Of a stretch of 64,000 nt of DNA, positions 12,443-26,591 are shown piece after piece. The translations under genes and the position numbers were made by a program. The notes beneath the pieces were generated by a model. That model saw nothing but the letters and a program-made list of their open reading frames with translations. It had not been told where the DNA came from and did not search any database. The DNA lies in NCBI RefSeq assembly GCF_002105155.1, contig NW_019029014.1, forward strand, positions 186,001 to 250,000, written 5' to 3'. The stretch's first letter is position 1, and each line of letters starts with the position of its first letter. This DNA is from Lobosporangium transversale. Taxonomy: Eukaryota.

Positions 12443-14242
12443 TTATGCCAAGGCACCCATGGGGTCAAAGGCTGGAAGAACGTGAACTTCTTGCTGGAGA
12501 ACATCCAAGAATTTTTGGGGAACAATGTCTTTCTCCAGCACAACTTGATACACAAACTCTGTGAACCAAGCATCACTCATAGTTAAATAGCCCTTGTCGC
12601 CTCCGACATTGCCCCAACTGTTCTCTACTCTCCATCGAACAGGCTTGCCATCCTCATCCAGATGAACGCCGGTGAAGACCATTGCATGGGTCATCAGTGA
12701 TTCACCATGGATCAGACGCTCAGCTTTAGTCATGTTGAAGCTAATGTTGAATGCAAGATCATACTGGAACAGTTTGGGGTCGAGGATGCCAGCATCGCGG
12801 TGAAGATATTTACCAACATCTGCACCAAACCACACAGGATTGCCTTGCTGGAGCTTTTTGATGGCCAGTTCCTTCAGATCCTCGATTGGCGCGTTCACAT
12901 AACGGATAGGACGCCCACCAGCAATGTTGCCAAGATATTGGACGGTGTACAAGGAAAAGTATCTGTTGCGAGGGTCGTTGATGATCGAGACTGTATCCTT
13001 TACAGGGTAGCCAACGTGCTCCTTGAAGTAAGCCTGAGGGGTCAAGTCCTTGAATTCGTAAAACTTCTTGTCTTTGTTCCTGAAGGCCCAGGTAAAGGGT
13101 TTCTTGGGTGGTTCGCCAAGTGTGATGGCCATGATGGTGTAGATTTCTTTCAATGCCCTGTCCTTCTTTTGACGCAGTTCCTCCAATGAATGACCTTGGG
13201 CAGCCATACGTCGAAGTGCGACAGCATGGTCTCGGAGCTTAGAGAGGACGAGCTGGTTAAGCTTTCCAGAGTTGGATGAGCTGAAAGATTCTGGGTATAT
13301 AGATTTCGGGACCACACCATACCGCTCAATCAAGTTGATGAGCATATCCCATTGGCCTCCATCACTAATAGGTTCTTTGAGCAAGTGTTGAACCACGCGA
13401 TCATTGACATCCCTATCACATAAATCGATCATGCACTCCAAGAACCCTATAGCAATGCAAATAATGGAAGTAAAGATTAGCTGTCAGCGGGATAGGACAA
13501 GATCGGGCAGATGTTGCACAAATCAGGACTAGCGCCCATTTGCAGATGAGCCTTTTTTTTTTTGTTATTTGAACACTTTACAGTTGCTCTTCTCAAACTT
13601 ATCCCAGAAGAATAGGTATCCTTGCGAAAGCTCAAACTCATCAAGGTTGTACTTCTTGATCACTTCAAGTCGGAAGACATTGAGTGCTGCAAAGATCCAG
13701 CATCTGCCTGAGCTCTTCTGGTTGGTGACCACAGCCTCTGATGGGATCTTGGTATTGAAGACATGGTTATCATCAACGAGCACATCACGGTTCGTGATCA
13801 ACTTTGAAAAGTCAAGTGAGTGTGCCGCATTCTGAACCATCAAGTTCTTAGGGTCAGCATTGAACCCCTCACTAAATATACACAGTTACGAACGCATGAA
13901 TACTTGTACATTTATACATATTTCGTGAATCATTTTATCGCTCGTGTGAAAAATAAAAAAAATAAAAACCTGTAGTCTTTACCTTAATGCTCGCACCTTA
14001 TCATCACGCAGGACTGCCTTACGATGGTTAATACCCTCTGGCTCTGTTAGGATTGGGTTAGACTTTGTGTTGAGACCAAGCTTCATATCGGAGTAGTAGG
14101 CAGGCGGATTATTGTTATTGCCTGAAGATATAATTGAGGATGAAGAAGACTTGTAGGAGGGTAGGTTGGGTTTCGATAATCGTTTACGGGAGATGGAGGC
14201 GTTATCGGTGAGGTTGATATGTTTGGAAGAAACGCAGCCCAT
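12443..14242 (-). CDS. LAP3: Bleomycin hydrolase / cysteine aminopeptidase (peptidase C1B); exons 14242-13983, 13871-13582, 13446-12443
   Basis: [12 protein letters not shown] (catalytic Cys), [10 protein letters not shown] (His), VENSWG (Asn) and the C-terminal DPMGALA. Both introns restore the frame. Confidence 0.95.
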
Positions 14243-15449
14243 TGAGAGATAGAAAAATGGGGAGGGTTAAAGAAGAAAAAGGAAAAAAAAAAAAAAAAGG
14301 AACAACACGCCAAAGGAATTGAAGCACTGGATGAAATCAAGTGAGGAAAGGGAAAAGAAAACAGAAAAGAGAAAAGAGAAAAGGCATCTCTCCATCCATC
14401 GAGACTTTTTTAAAGTGTTCTAGACTCATTCATATCCATTACAGTATAAGGATGCCCGTAAGGTCAACGAAGGGTGGGATTGGGTGCATGGATTGTATAT
14501 TCTTCCCATCTCACTCCATCTGAATCTCCTGCTCCAACCCATAAAAAGATACGATCATCCATCCTTTCACACGCTTAAAGCTTATTGGGTATATGGAGTG
14601 TCCTCGTGACACTTAATTCATGCAGTGACTAGTTCAGGGACAAACGCCTCCGCATTTGGAAGACAAACTCTGTTGCATGAGCGCCGTGTAGAAAAGATTG
14701 TGGCTACATAACCTTGAGGACCACAGAAAACAATTAGGCTCGTCACCCTGCAGACGAGCCTACGATGGACGATGGTTTGTGCCCCGCGAAAAAAAGAGGA
14801 AAGAGGAAAGAGGGAAACAATGAGCATTTTTCTCATTATTTGGGCGGGGTGTTGCCCTCCTGGATGTTCCACATCTTTCTTTTATTCACACACTGCTGGA
14901 ACTCATCACTTCGTGTAAACAAAGACCAATGAGTCCCAACAATGCTTCTTCTTCATCATCTTCACCCCAAAGCGCTGAACAATCTATCACCGATGTCATC
15001 ACTGCTCTTCGAAAAGAAATTGACGATCTGCGTCGTCAAAATGATGAACGTCGTGAAACAGGGCGCAATCCACGCGTTGTCAGTGAAATATTTTAGACAG
15101 ACAGGTAGTAACAGGGGAACAGAATAAGATGTAGGAACACGCATCACATCCATGGGGTATTTATTCAAAATCGTATCTAAGTATAACTACAAGTTTGTCT
15201 ACGAGCACCATACATAGAGTAACCATGGTACAAACGTGTATAATTACTACACCCCCACTACGCTCGCACTACGCCCTCACCTGCTTGTTATTATTTACAC
15301 ATGGGGCGTGTTTTTATGATATACAACCCGTTTGTATATATTATTTTGTGTACATAAACTATATTATCTTTTTACATGGGCACACATCTTAATTTTTATG
15401 TAACGTGTACTGTGAAATATGCAACAGCCAGCAAACAGACAGCAGCAAC

Positions 15450-15979
15450 TCTTCACTGGTAGGATGGTTAAAGAGCTCTTTACTAAGTCACACATTACCA
15501 CTTTGGAATGGCCTCCGAATTCTCCTGACCTCAAGCCTATCGAGAATGTATGGGCCTACATAGATCACCGGCTCAATGGATACGAGAAGGTACCAAAGGG
15601 TCTAGATGAACTATGGGAAAGACTACAGGATATCTGGACAACTATTCCACCTGACTTCCTTCATGGACTATACGAAAGTATGCCACGAAGGGTAGAGGAG
15701 CTTCATCGCAGGAAAGGAGGTCATATACACTACTGAAGCACAGAAAAAAAATACAAATAAAGCAAAGTTACTGATTTTCTTCAATAAGATGCCAATAATT
15801 GGCCTTCATCTAAACTTCCAATTAGCGACAGGAGCTCATTGGCATTGTAGTAGGAGTGACATTGTCGATAGTCGAATTCACTACGGAAGTTTCATTGTCG
15901 ACAAGCAAGCTCAAATTGGAGAAAGGAATGATAATGTCGAAATTCTAAAATCATTGAATGACTTTTGATGACCACTGTA
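15450..15979 (+). mobile_element. 5'-truncated Tc1/mariner transposon remnant (C-terminal DDE domain and right end)
   Basis: ORF 15419-15736 contains EWPPNSPDLKPIENVW and SMPRRV...KGGH..Y. Ends in ..GATGACCACTG followed by TA (15978-15979), a typical Tc1 terminus. No matching left TIR found. Confidence 0.85.
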
Positions 15980-16440
15980 GTGGGTCCAAAATTGCTTCAC
16001 TCTCAACCATAACCATTATCAACACAAAGGTGTGCTCCACTCGTTTTCTGTTTTTTCGTTTGTGATTTTTTTCTACATTTCACACAATAACTCGATCGCA
16101 ATCTCACAACGCAATGTACAATTTCACTTCCCCAATTGAAATGCCTATTTTTTTTTGCATTTAAAGATAAAATAGGCTTGCTTCTGGTCAGAGTTATTCT
16201 TCACGCATAGGCCATTACCAATGCCCAGTACCTGGTTATTCCTTTCGATTAACACCCAAACCTCTTACAAAAACACGAGAAGAGCGAATAAGAAAAAGAT
16301 GAATGAGGAAATAAAGAAAGAAAAAGAAAAAAAAGAACAGAAAAAAGATGGAAAAAAAGATTGTTTCTTATACACAATGTAACAAAATAAAAGTAACTTA
16401 CAGGATATCAGACATCCCTTCTAATTCATTCTTTAGCAGG

Positions 16441-16961
16441 CTCGTAACCGGCCTGAGGCAAAGCCGCCGACGTTGTGACCGCGAATCTTTTCTTCTCAGG
16501 CTGCTGCGTACAAACATTGCCTATTAGCGGGAGTTCTTGACTTTTTCGACTTAGTTTTTTTGGAGGGCTTACTGCCCGCTGTCTCATAGTGATTCTGGTT
16601 CCTTCTTTCAGCTCTTGCACCTTAACTTCTTTATTTTTTCAGCTCCACTTCTTTTCTCCTTCAACTTTCTTCCCTCTCAGATATACACAAGTAAAATAAA
16701 AGCAAAAATAACAAGATTAGTAAAACTTATTGACATTGGCTTTGCACTTACTTTGGGTAAGAAAGAAGGGAAGAAAGTTGAAGGAGAAAAGAAGTGGAGC
16801 TGAAAAAATAAAGAAGTTAAGGTGCAAGAGCTGAAAGAAGGAACCAGAATCACTATGAGACAGCGGGCAGTAAGCCCTTCAAAAAAAACTAAGTCGAAAA
16901 AGTCAAGAACTTCCGCTAATAGGCGGTCACAACGTCGGCGGCTTTGCCTCAGGCTTACGAG
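16441..16961. repeat. Long inverted repeat (foldback / MITE-like element)
   Basis: 16441-16675 is the reverse complement of 16767-16961 apart from a few mismatches and a 38-bp indel (16483-16520). Spacer about 90 bp. Confidence 0.9.
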
Positions 16962-17584
16962 TCTAGTGCCTAAAACTCCAAAATAGACGCACTTGAATTC
17001 TTTCTCTCCCACAATTGGTTCGTACTGATTGAAAACATATTTGTATATTTGAACATAAAAAAGAGTCGCTATTATATGCGACATGGGCCATGAAACATGG
17101 AGCATGGCATTTCTTTTTTGTTTGTTTGCCACTCACAGCTTTTTACTTTTGTTTCTGCTATTGCATGTTTCTTGTTTATCAAGGTTGCAATGCTTATTTG
17201 TCCCTTGGGTGTTTGATGCCCGAGCCTAGACCATTGTAGATAGACATGAGAGGTGGTGTCTTTCCTAAGAACATGAACAAGGTGGGAGATTCTTTGAATT
17301 GGGGAGAATGATTGACCCGCCAAATGGCGGACCTCAATATAATGTTGTTATCGGGAAATCAACTTCCCTCAGGCTGCCGGATTGTTGGGCTCAAGATGAA
17401 TACTCGTAAATAGAGCGTCCATCATCTGGTCGCGAACTTTACTCTATCCTTATATTAACTGAATCGATTTTGTGTCACACCGAAAGAACAATATAAAAAT
17501 AAACCATGTATATACAGTCGTGTAACCTGTAAAAACTCTGAGTATGATCTAATATTGCAGAGACACATGCGAAAGCTAAATTAT

Positions 17585-17627
<43 letters not shown>

Positions 17628-18372
17628 GGCGATCATCCTGGTTCTACAGAGCTGCGAGATTCATCGGATTAATTCGCAGGAACAGGTACAAGCTTAAGCG
17701 AAAGCACCAGACACAAATTGTCTCGGATTATTCGATGGTATTCCAATAACCTTCATTCAAAGTCACAATGTGTCAGGACCACTTTTTAACAATTGACTTT
17801 TGTGGACCAGATATTCTGGATGCTATACAAATGCCCAACCTGAAACATACAAAACGGAAAAGTGTTAAGGTGAAAAAGAATCAGCAGGCCTCATTGTTAT
17901 TAAATCAAAGCGGAACACTCTTATGTTTTTTTTTTAGCTCTGAAGAAAGGTGATCGGTATTGCCTTGTGCATATTCTGTCTTTGAGCATGGTCCAGCAAT
18001 GTGATAAACCCAAAACAAAGTTGTATATATAATAATATGCTCTTATCCTCGTGTGTTTGAAGCCCGATGGTCCACTCCGCTCAGCTTTTTTTTAAAAATT
18101 ATTTGAATCTCAGTTGAAATAAAGGGTTTATCAATTCCCGGTCTTGAAGATTATGGATTGTCCGTATCCCACGGCTTTTAATATTCCCTCAAACAGTTAA
18201 AGACGTCCTTGACAAGCCGCAACATGTGCTAATGATCTTATTTAGGCCATGTAGTAGCTCTTGACCTAATGCAACGGTCCATTTCCCAAGATATGATGCA
18301 ATTCAAAAAAATAAAATAAAAATAAATAAAAATAAAATCCGTTTGCATAAATATCCCTCGCCTTTTCATTCT

Positions 18373-18405
<33 letters not shown>

Positions 18406-18644
18406 CCCTCTTCATTCATCGTCATTACTACCTTTTCTTTCCTTTTCCCTTTTGCCTCATTTTTATCATCACTCAGCTCTAGGATTATCTAGGAGCATAA
18501 GACTCTTCCTTTCTCTCCCACTTTAATACTCCTTTATTCTTTCTCTATTTTCCTATTACCTTTCTTTCAGATTAGAAAAAAAAAAAAAAAAAAAAAAAAA
18601 AAACATCCTCACCATCCTACAGAAGCATCAATAACAACATTATC

Positions 18645-19731
18645 ATGACAAAGTCCCTTACCATTGAAGTTGGCCCCACTGAAGTCCACGGTGAGACTAG
18701 AATCCGCCGTTCAGTTATGTCGCCTACAGATCTCATCTCAACCCCATTCGATGATATCAAGACTCTGTATGATGTTATTCGACATTCCGCCAAGACGCGT
18801 CCTAACATGGACGCGATCGGTTACCGTAAGGTGATCAAGATGATCGAGGAAGAAAAGGAGGTTACCAAAATGGTCGGTGGCTCGCCTGTCAAGGAGAAGA
18901 AGATCTGGAAATATTTCAAACTTTCTGGTTATAATTGGATGACATACAAAGACACACAAGTCGTAGTAGACAGCATTGGTGCAGGTCTCCGCAAGTTTGG
19001 TGTCCAACCCAAGGACAAAATGACTGTGTTTGGTGCCACAAGGTAAATATAAAACATCAGTTGTATTATGAAAAAGAGACAATGCAATATCTAAAAGTGT
19101 ACAAGGCGAATGAAACATCCGACCGCAGCAATCGTCATCGCCATTAGTTCTTCAAAGCTTCAACAATTATGATGTGTGAGACAAGTTCAGATGACCCGTA
19201 GCCTGTGCGATTGGCGTTAACATGTTTTATTTTTATTTTTATTTGCTGATAATCTTAGCGCAAACTGGCTGTTGGTTGCACATGGAGCTTTTGCGCAATC
19301 CGTCACTATCGTAACTGTTTATGATACCCTCGGTGAGGATGGTTTGCTACACTCGATGAACGAGGCTGAAGTCGCTACTACCTACACCAATGCAGATTTG
19401 CTCAACACCATGAAGAATGTCGCCGGTCGATGCCCTACACTCAAGAGGATCTTTTATGATGGCGAGGCCAAGGCTGCAGACGTGATTGCGATCAAGGAAG
19501 CTCACCCTCACTTGGATATCATTACTTTGGAGGAGTTGAAGCAGATGGGTATGGATAACCCTGTAGAGAATGTTCCCCCAGCAGCTGAGGATCTCTGCTG
19601 CATCATGTATACCTCTGGATCGACCGGAAACCCCAAGGGTGTGCTTTTGACCCACGGAAACTTGATTGCTGCCAGTATGTTTTTGTATTCTTTTTCTTTT
19701 TTATTTTTGTCTTGACTTGTGTTCTTTGTAT

Positions 19732-19765
<34 letters not shown>

Positions 19766-21006
19766 CCATTTGTATTATAGTTGGTGGTGCGAACAAAATG
19801 CTGTCAAAGTACGTGCATGAGGGCGATGTGTTGCTTGCATACTTGCCCCTGGCCCACGTCCTCGAGTTCTTGGTCGAAAACATTTGCTTGTTCTGGGGAG
19901 CAGCTCTTGGATATGGCACTGTCCGTACACTCACAGATGCCTCTGTACGAGAATGTCAGGGCGATATCAAGGAGCTTCGACCTACGTTGATGACAGGTGT
20001 ACCCGCTGTCTGGGAGACAATTCGAAAGGGAATTTTGACCCAGGTCCATAAAGGATCACCCCTGATTCAATCCATCTTCCATGGTGCCATGAATGGCAAG
20101 GCCTGGTGCCTTGACCGCAAGTTGAGCGGATTGACTGGTGTCTTTGATGCAGTTGTCTTCAACAAGGTCCGACAGCAGACAGGTGGTCGTCTTCGTTTTG
20201 CACTCTCTGGAGGAGCTCCTCTCTCACAAGAGACCCAACGGTTCCTCACCACGGCTTTGTGCCCTGTTCTTCAGGCTTATGGTATGACAGAGTCATGCGG
20301 TATGTGCGCCATCATGACTCCCGATGCTTTCCATTACAACCGTGTTGGATCGCCTGTACCCTGTACAGAAGTCAAGTTGGTGGACGTTCCTGATGCAGGA
20401 TACTTATCAACAAACTCACCCAATCCTCGCGGTGAGGTCTGGATTCGTGGACCCTCAATCACATCTGGTTACCTCAAGAACCCAAAGGAGTCAGCTGAGT
20501 CATTGACAGCAGACGGCTGGCTTATGACTGGTGATGTTGGTGAGTGGCATCCGGACGGAACACTCTCAATCATTGATCGTAAGAAGAACCTGGTCAAGTT
20601 GTCACATGGAGAGTATATTGCATTGGAGAAGCTGGAATCAGTGTACAAGAGTACAGAGTACTGCAACAATATCTGTGTCTATGCTGACTCCATGCAGAGC
20701 AAGCCCGTGGCGTTGGTCGTCGTGAACGAATCGCTTGTGAAGGAGTTGGCGAAGAACAAAGGCATTGAGGGCGATTTTGAAGAATTGTGCCAAAACAAGG
20801 AAATTGTCAAAGCTGTCTTGGATGCTTGCAATTCTACGGGCAAGAAGGCTGGCCTTAAGCCCGCAGAGATGCTGCAGGGTGCTTACTTGGAACACGAGGA
20901 ATGGACTGATAAAGGTGGTTTGTTGACTGCTGCGCAGAAGCTCAAGCGCAAGGATATCAACCAGAAGTATGCTGAGCAGATCAAGCAGATCTATGCTTCA
21001 AGCTAA
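18645..21006 (+). CDS. Long-chain fatty acyl-CoA synthetase (Faa-like); exons 18645-19042, 19259-19674, 19781-21006
   Basis: AMP-binding motif IMYTSGSTGNPKGV, YLPLAHVLE, QAYGMTE, GWLMTGDVG, IIDRKKNLVKLSHGEYIALEKLE. Confidence 0.95.
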
Positions 21007-21620
21007 AAAAAAAAAAAAAAAAAAAAAAAACTGTATCCATATGAATCTATGCTGTACGTAGTAGCCTCCAATGAAATATATTGTAATAAATACCTTTTCG
21101 TTCTTTGATTTCTAATATCCTTTTAAATATTTTTCTCTAATGTCTTTCTATCACAAATATCTCTTAAATCGTGCAATGAGTAAATTTGTCCATTGAGAAA
21201 GTACGGATTTCATCCTGTTTCCCTAGTAGCACCTACAAAGAGCTCGAGACAGCACTGACTGGGGAGATCAACCGTCTCTCTGAGTGAACAATCATAACTT
21301 TCATCTCTAGATGTTACAATTCCACTCATTAGCCCATATTTTTTTTGACCTGTTACAGACAAAGAGATAATGTTGATAATGTTACAACCTTTTTTTTAAT
21401 TTTTATTATTCTTAATGAATGAGGGGAGAGTTAAATTAAGTATGGGAGTGGAGCGAGATAGAGACATCAAAGTCTTGAATTGATCGACCATCCTGTTGTA
21501 TATCCATGTTATTTACACTTTGGCTCGGATCCGTAAAAGCTTTTTTTTTTTAGCTTCAAGTCGACGTTAGCGAGTATTTTTAGGTCCACAGTCTTGAATC
21601 ACATGTATTCCTTTGATTGG

Positions 21621-23407
<1,787 letters not shown>

Positions 23408-24128
23408 TCGTGATACAGAAGAGGAGGAAGAAAGGAAGCGGCGGGAGTTTTGGTTGAAAGAAGCTACGGCCAGCTGCGACCGAGCAGGGCAAGCGATGTT
23501 CAGCAGGGAGAATGCATGTCGAAGGGCCATTGAACAAGTTAATAGTGGGGGAAGCAAAGTGATAGGACAGGGAGATGAAAGAGAAGAAGAAAAAGAACAA
23601 AAAGAGAAGGGAAGGTATGAGGTAGTAGAAAAAAGTAGAGGGCAGGCGGAGTACAAGTAGGAGTAAGGATGAAAGACGGAGCAAAGAAAGACAGGAAAAA
23701 AAGAAGAGGTTTTGGAGTTGTTCTTTTAAAACTTGTCAAATAGAGAAATATCAAACGTTGTCAATTAAAAAGACAGTCCCGTCCACTCACTTTCCCCTTT
23801 TTTTGGAGAGACAGAGTGCCGATGTCTTCAATCTGAGTAACTTAAGAGGTGGTTCCCATGAAACCTTATTTTTTCGACTGATGTGTTATACTTTCCCACA
23901 CTCAATCAATTAGACTATCATTCTTTTTTTTCTTTTTATATCCATTTAACCTACTACCTCTCTTTTTCTTTCTTTTTTCTTTTTCATTCGATTCATTCCT
24001 GGATTCATCTTTAAAGTCTCTTCCTCTCATTCTCATTCTCTTCATTCTTTCCTCCAGCACTTCTATTTTTTTTATTTTTTTTTTATTACCTTTAATACTG
24101 TTTGTACAACATAATGACTTCACACACA

Positions 24129-25826
24129 ATGGCTATCAAAAATGACCCAAAGCAAGATCTGGACTTGTCCTTGACTCAGTCTAAAGCAAAATCATTTCTC
24201 AGCCCATCCTTTGCTGCCTACATGGACAATCAAGATCCTCTAAAGGAACTTCGCAATGAATTTGTCATCCCTACCCGAGGTGAAATCGCACCAGGTTTGT
24301 AATACGCATTGAGACAGTATTTTGAATCAACTGTCAAGTTTATTTTTATTTTTACATCATAGTCACCCATTCCTAATTTTCTTTATCCGTATTTACCTTT
24401 TTGTAGGTGCTGATCGCTCGAATGAGAGCTGCATCTATTTATGTGGCAATTCACTGGGTCTTCTGCCCAAGGCCGTCTCACGCTATGTAAACGAAGAACT
24501 TCAAGTATGGGGTGAAGGAGCTGTCAACTCTCATTTCAAGCACCGTTTCGGCCGTCCTTGGGTCCGAATTGAGGAAACTGTCCAGGAGCAATCCGCCAAA
24601 ATCGTTGGTGCCAAGAAAGATGAAGTTGCAGTCATGAATACACTCACGTCTAACCTTCATACACTTCTTGCAGCTTTTTATACTCCCACGCCTGAAAGGC
24701 ATAAAGTCTTGATTGAATCCAAGGCATTCCCCTCAGATCACTATGCGATCGAATCTCAGATTCGGTGGCATAAGCTCGATCCTGCCACATCTTTGCTTTG
24801 TCAGGAGCCTCGTCAGGGAGAATATTTGTTAAGGACAGAAGACATCTTGGAGACTATCGAGAAGCATGGCCACGAGATTGCTGTTGTTGCCTTCTCGGGT
24901 GTTCAATATTATACGGGACAATACTTTGATATAGAGGCTATCACTAAAGCTGCTCATGCAAAGGTAAAATGGCTATTTCATGAAAAAAAAAGGTAATATC
25001 CATGTCTCCTCTTCCATATAAACTAATGCATCTGTATCCTACATGCCATGCCCTTTGCTTTTATTTTCTAGGGGTGTATTGTTGGTTGGGACTTGGCCCA
25101 TGCTGTAGGCAATGTACCTTTGCAACTGCATGACTGGAATGTTGACTTTGCATGCTGGTGCTCTTACAAGTACCTTAATTCGGGCCCTGGAGGCATCGCC
25201 GGTATCTTTGTGCATGAGCGTCATGCTATGGGCTTTGAACGCAACCGTTTGGCTGGTTGGTGGGGACATGACAAGAGCACGCGCTTTGAAATGATCAATG
25301 GTAATATTTTACTTGTTTGAGTTTTTTTTTCTCTATCTTTTTTCTTAATATTTATATTTATCCGTTTCTTTAAACACCTTATGTATAACTAGTATTCAAG
25401 CCGATCCCTGGTGCTGCCGGTTTTCAGCATTCAAATCCATCGGTCTTGACCACTAGCGCGTTATTGGGCTCCCTCTCTGTCTTTGAAAAGACAACTATGC
25501 AAGAGATGCGTAAGAAGTCATATTTGTTGACAGGATACCTTTACCACCTCTTGACCACAGAGTTCTCAACAGATGTGCTAGAGATCATCACGCCCAGTGA
25601 CCCGGAGCAGCGTGGCTGTCAATTGAGCTTGGTCTTTAAGCATGGTAAGATGATGGAGATCTTTGACGGTTTGGCCGCGAGAGCTATCATTGGTGATGAG
25701 CGTAAACCCGATGTCATTCGTGTTGCGCCCACACCATTGTACACTCGCTTTGAAGACGTGCGTCAATTTGTTGTTGAGCTCAAGGATCTGGTTGCACAGG
25801 TCTACTACCTCGAAAAAGAGAAGTAG
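24129..25826 (+). CDS. BNA5: Kynureninase; exons 24129-24294, 24407-24963, 25072-25300, 25393-25826
   Basis: [38 protein letters not shown] (PLP lysine), [23 protein letters not shown]. Confidence 0.96.
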
Positions 25827-26157
25827 AAGTCATCTTCATCTTTGGTTCTAATATAAAGCGAGCAATATTAATAAAATCAAACTAATTGGCGATAGATATA
25901 GCAGAGATATTTTTAATATAGCTAAATATCCTATATACATATGTTGGTAAAGAAGTATGATGTGCGAGCCATGAATGTCGTCTTTAGTGCTTGCGTCTGC
26001 ACCTGCAACAAGCTCATGATCACAGCTCGTCTTCCCTAGCGGATCGTTCAGCAGATTCCATCCCAGATTCTAGAGAAGGTGGTAATGGCAAAGATGGTAT
26101 CGAGGACAAGAAAGTAGTGAATGTAGTGAAGAGAGAAGGAGGATTTTCCCCATTATC

Positions 26158-26558
26158 TCATTCTAGATAGTCTAGTGGCTCTTCTCGGATTTCATAAGGC
26201 GGAGTCAAAAGTCCTGAGAATGATGAGCTGGCTCCATAAGCTGTTCTGGAGTATGATGATGACGATAATGATGATGAAGATGGTGAAGAAGAACAAGTGA
26301 TTGAAGACGTATCAAAAGGGCTGGTAGGGACTTCGATATGTTTATCTTTCCCTTTGCCTTGGTAATTTTTGACTTGGGTCCCAACGCTTTCTTCAAGTTC
26401 ATCTTCGTCAACACTGCTTCTTTCAAAAGAATTTGATCTAGAGATTTCATACTCCAAAGGTAAAGGTGGAGTCACTGATGAGATCTCTTGCCTTGGTATT
26501 TCCTCGAAGTAATATATTTGATGATGTGACCCATCTTCCTGGACTTGTTCCAGCATCT

Positions 26559-26591
<33 letters not shown>

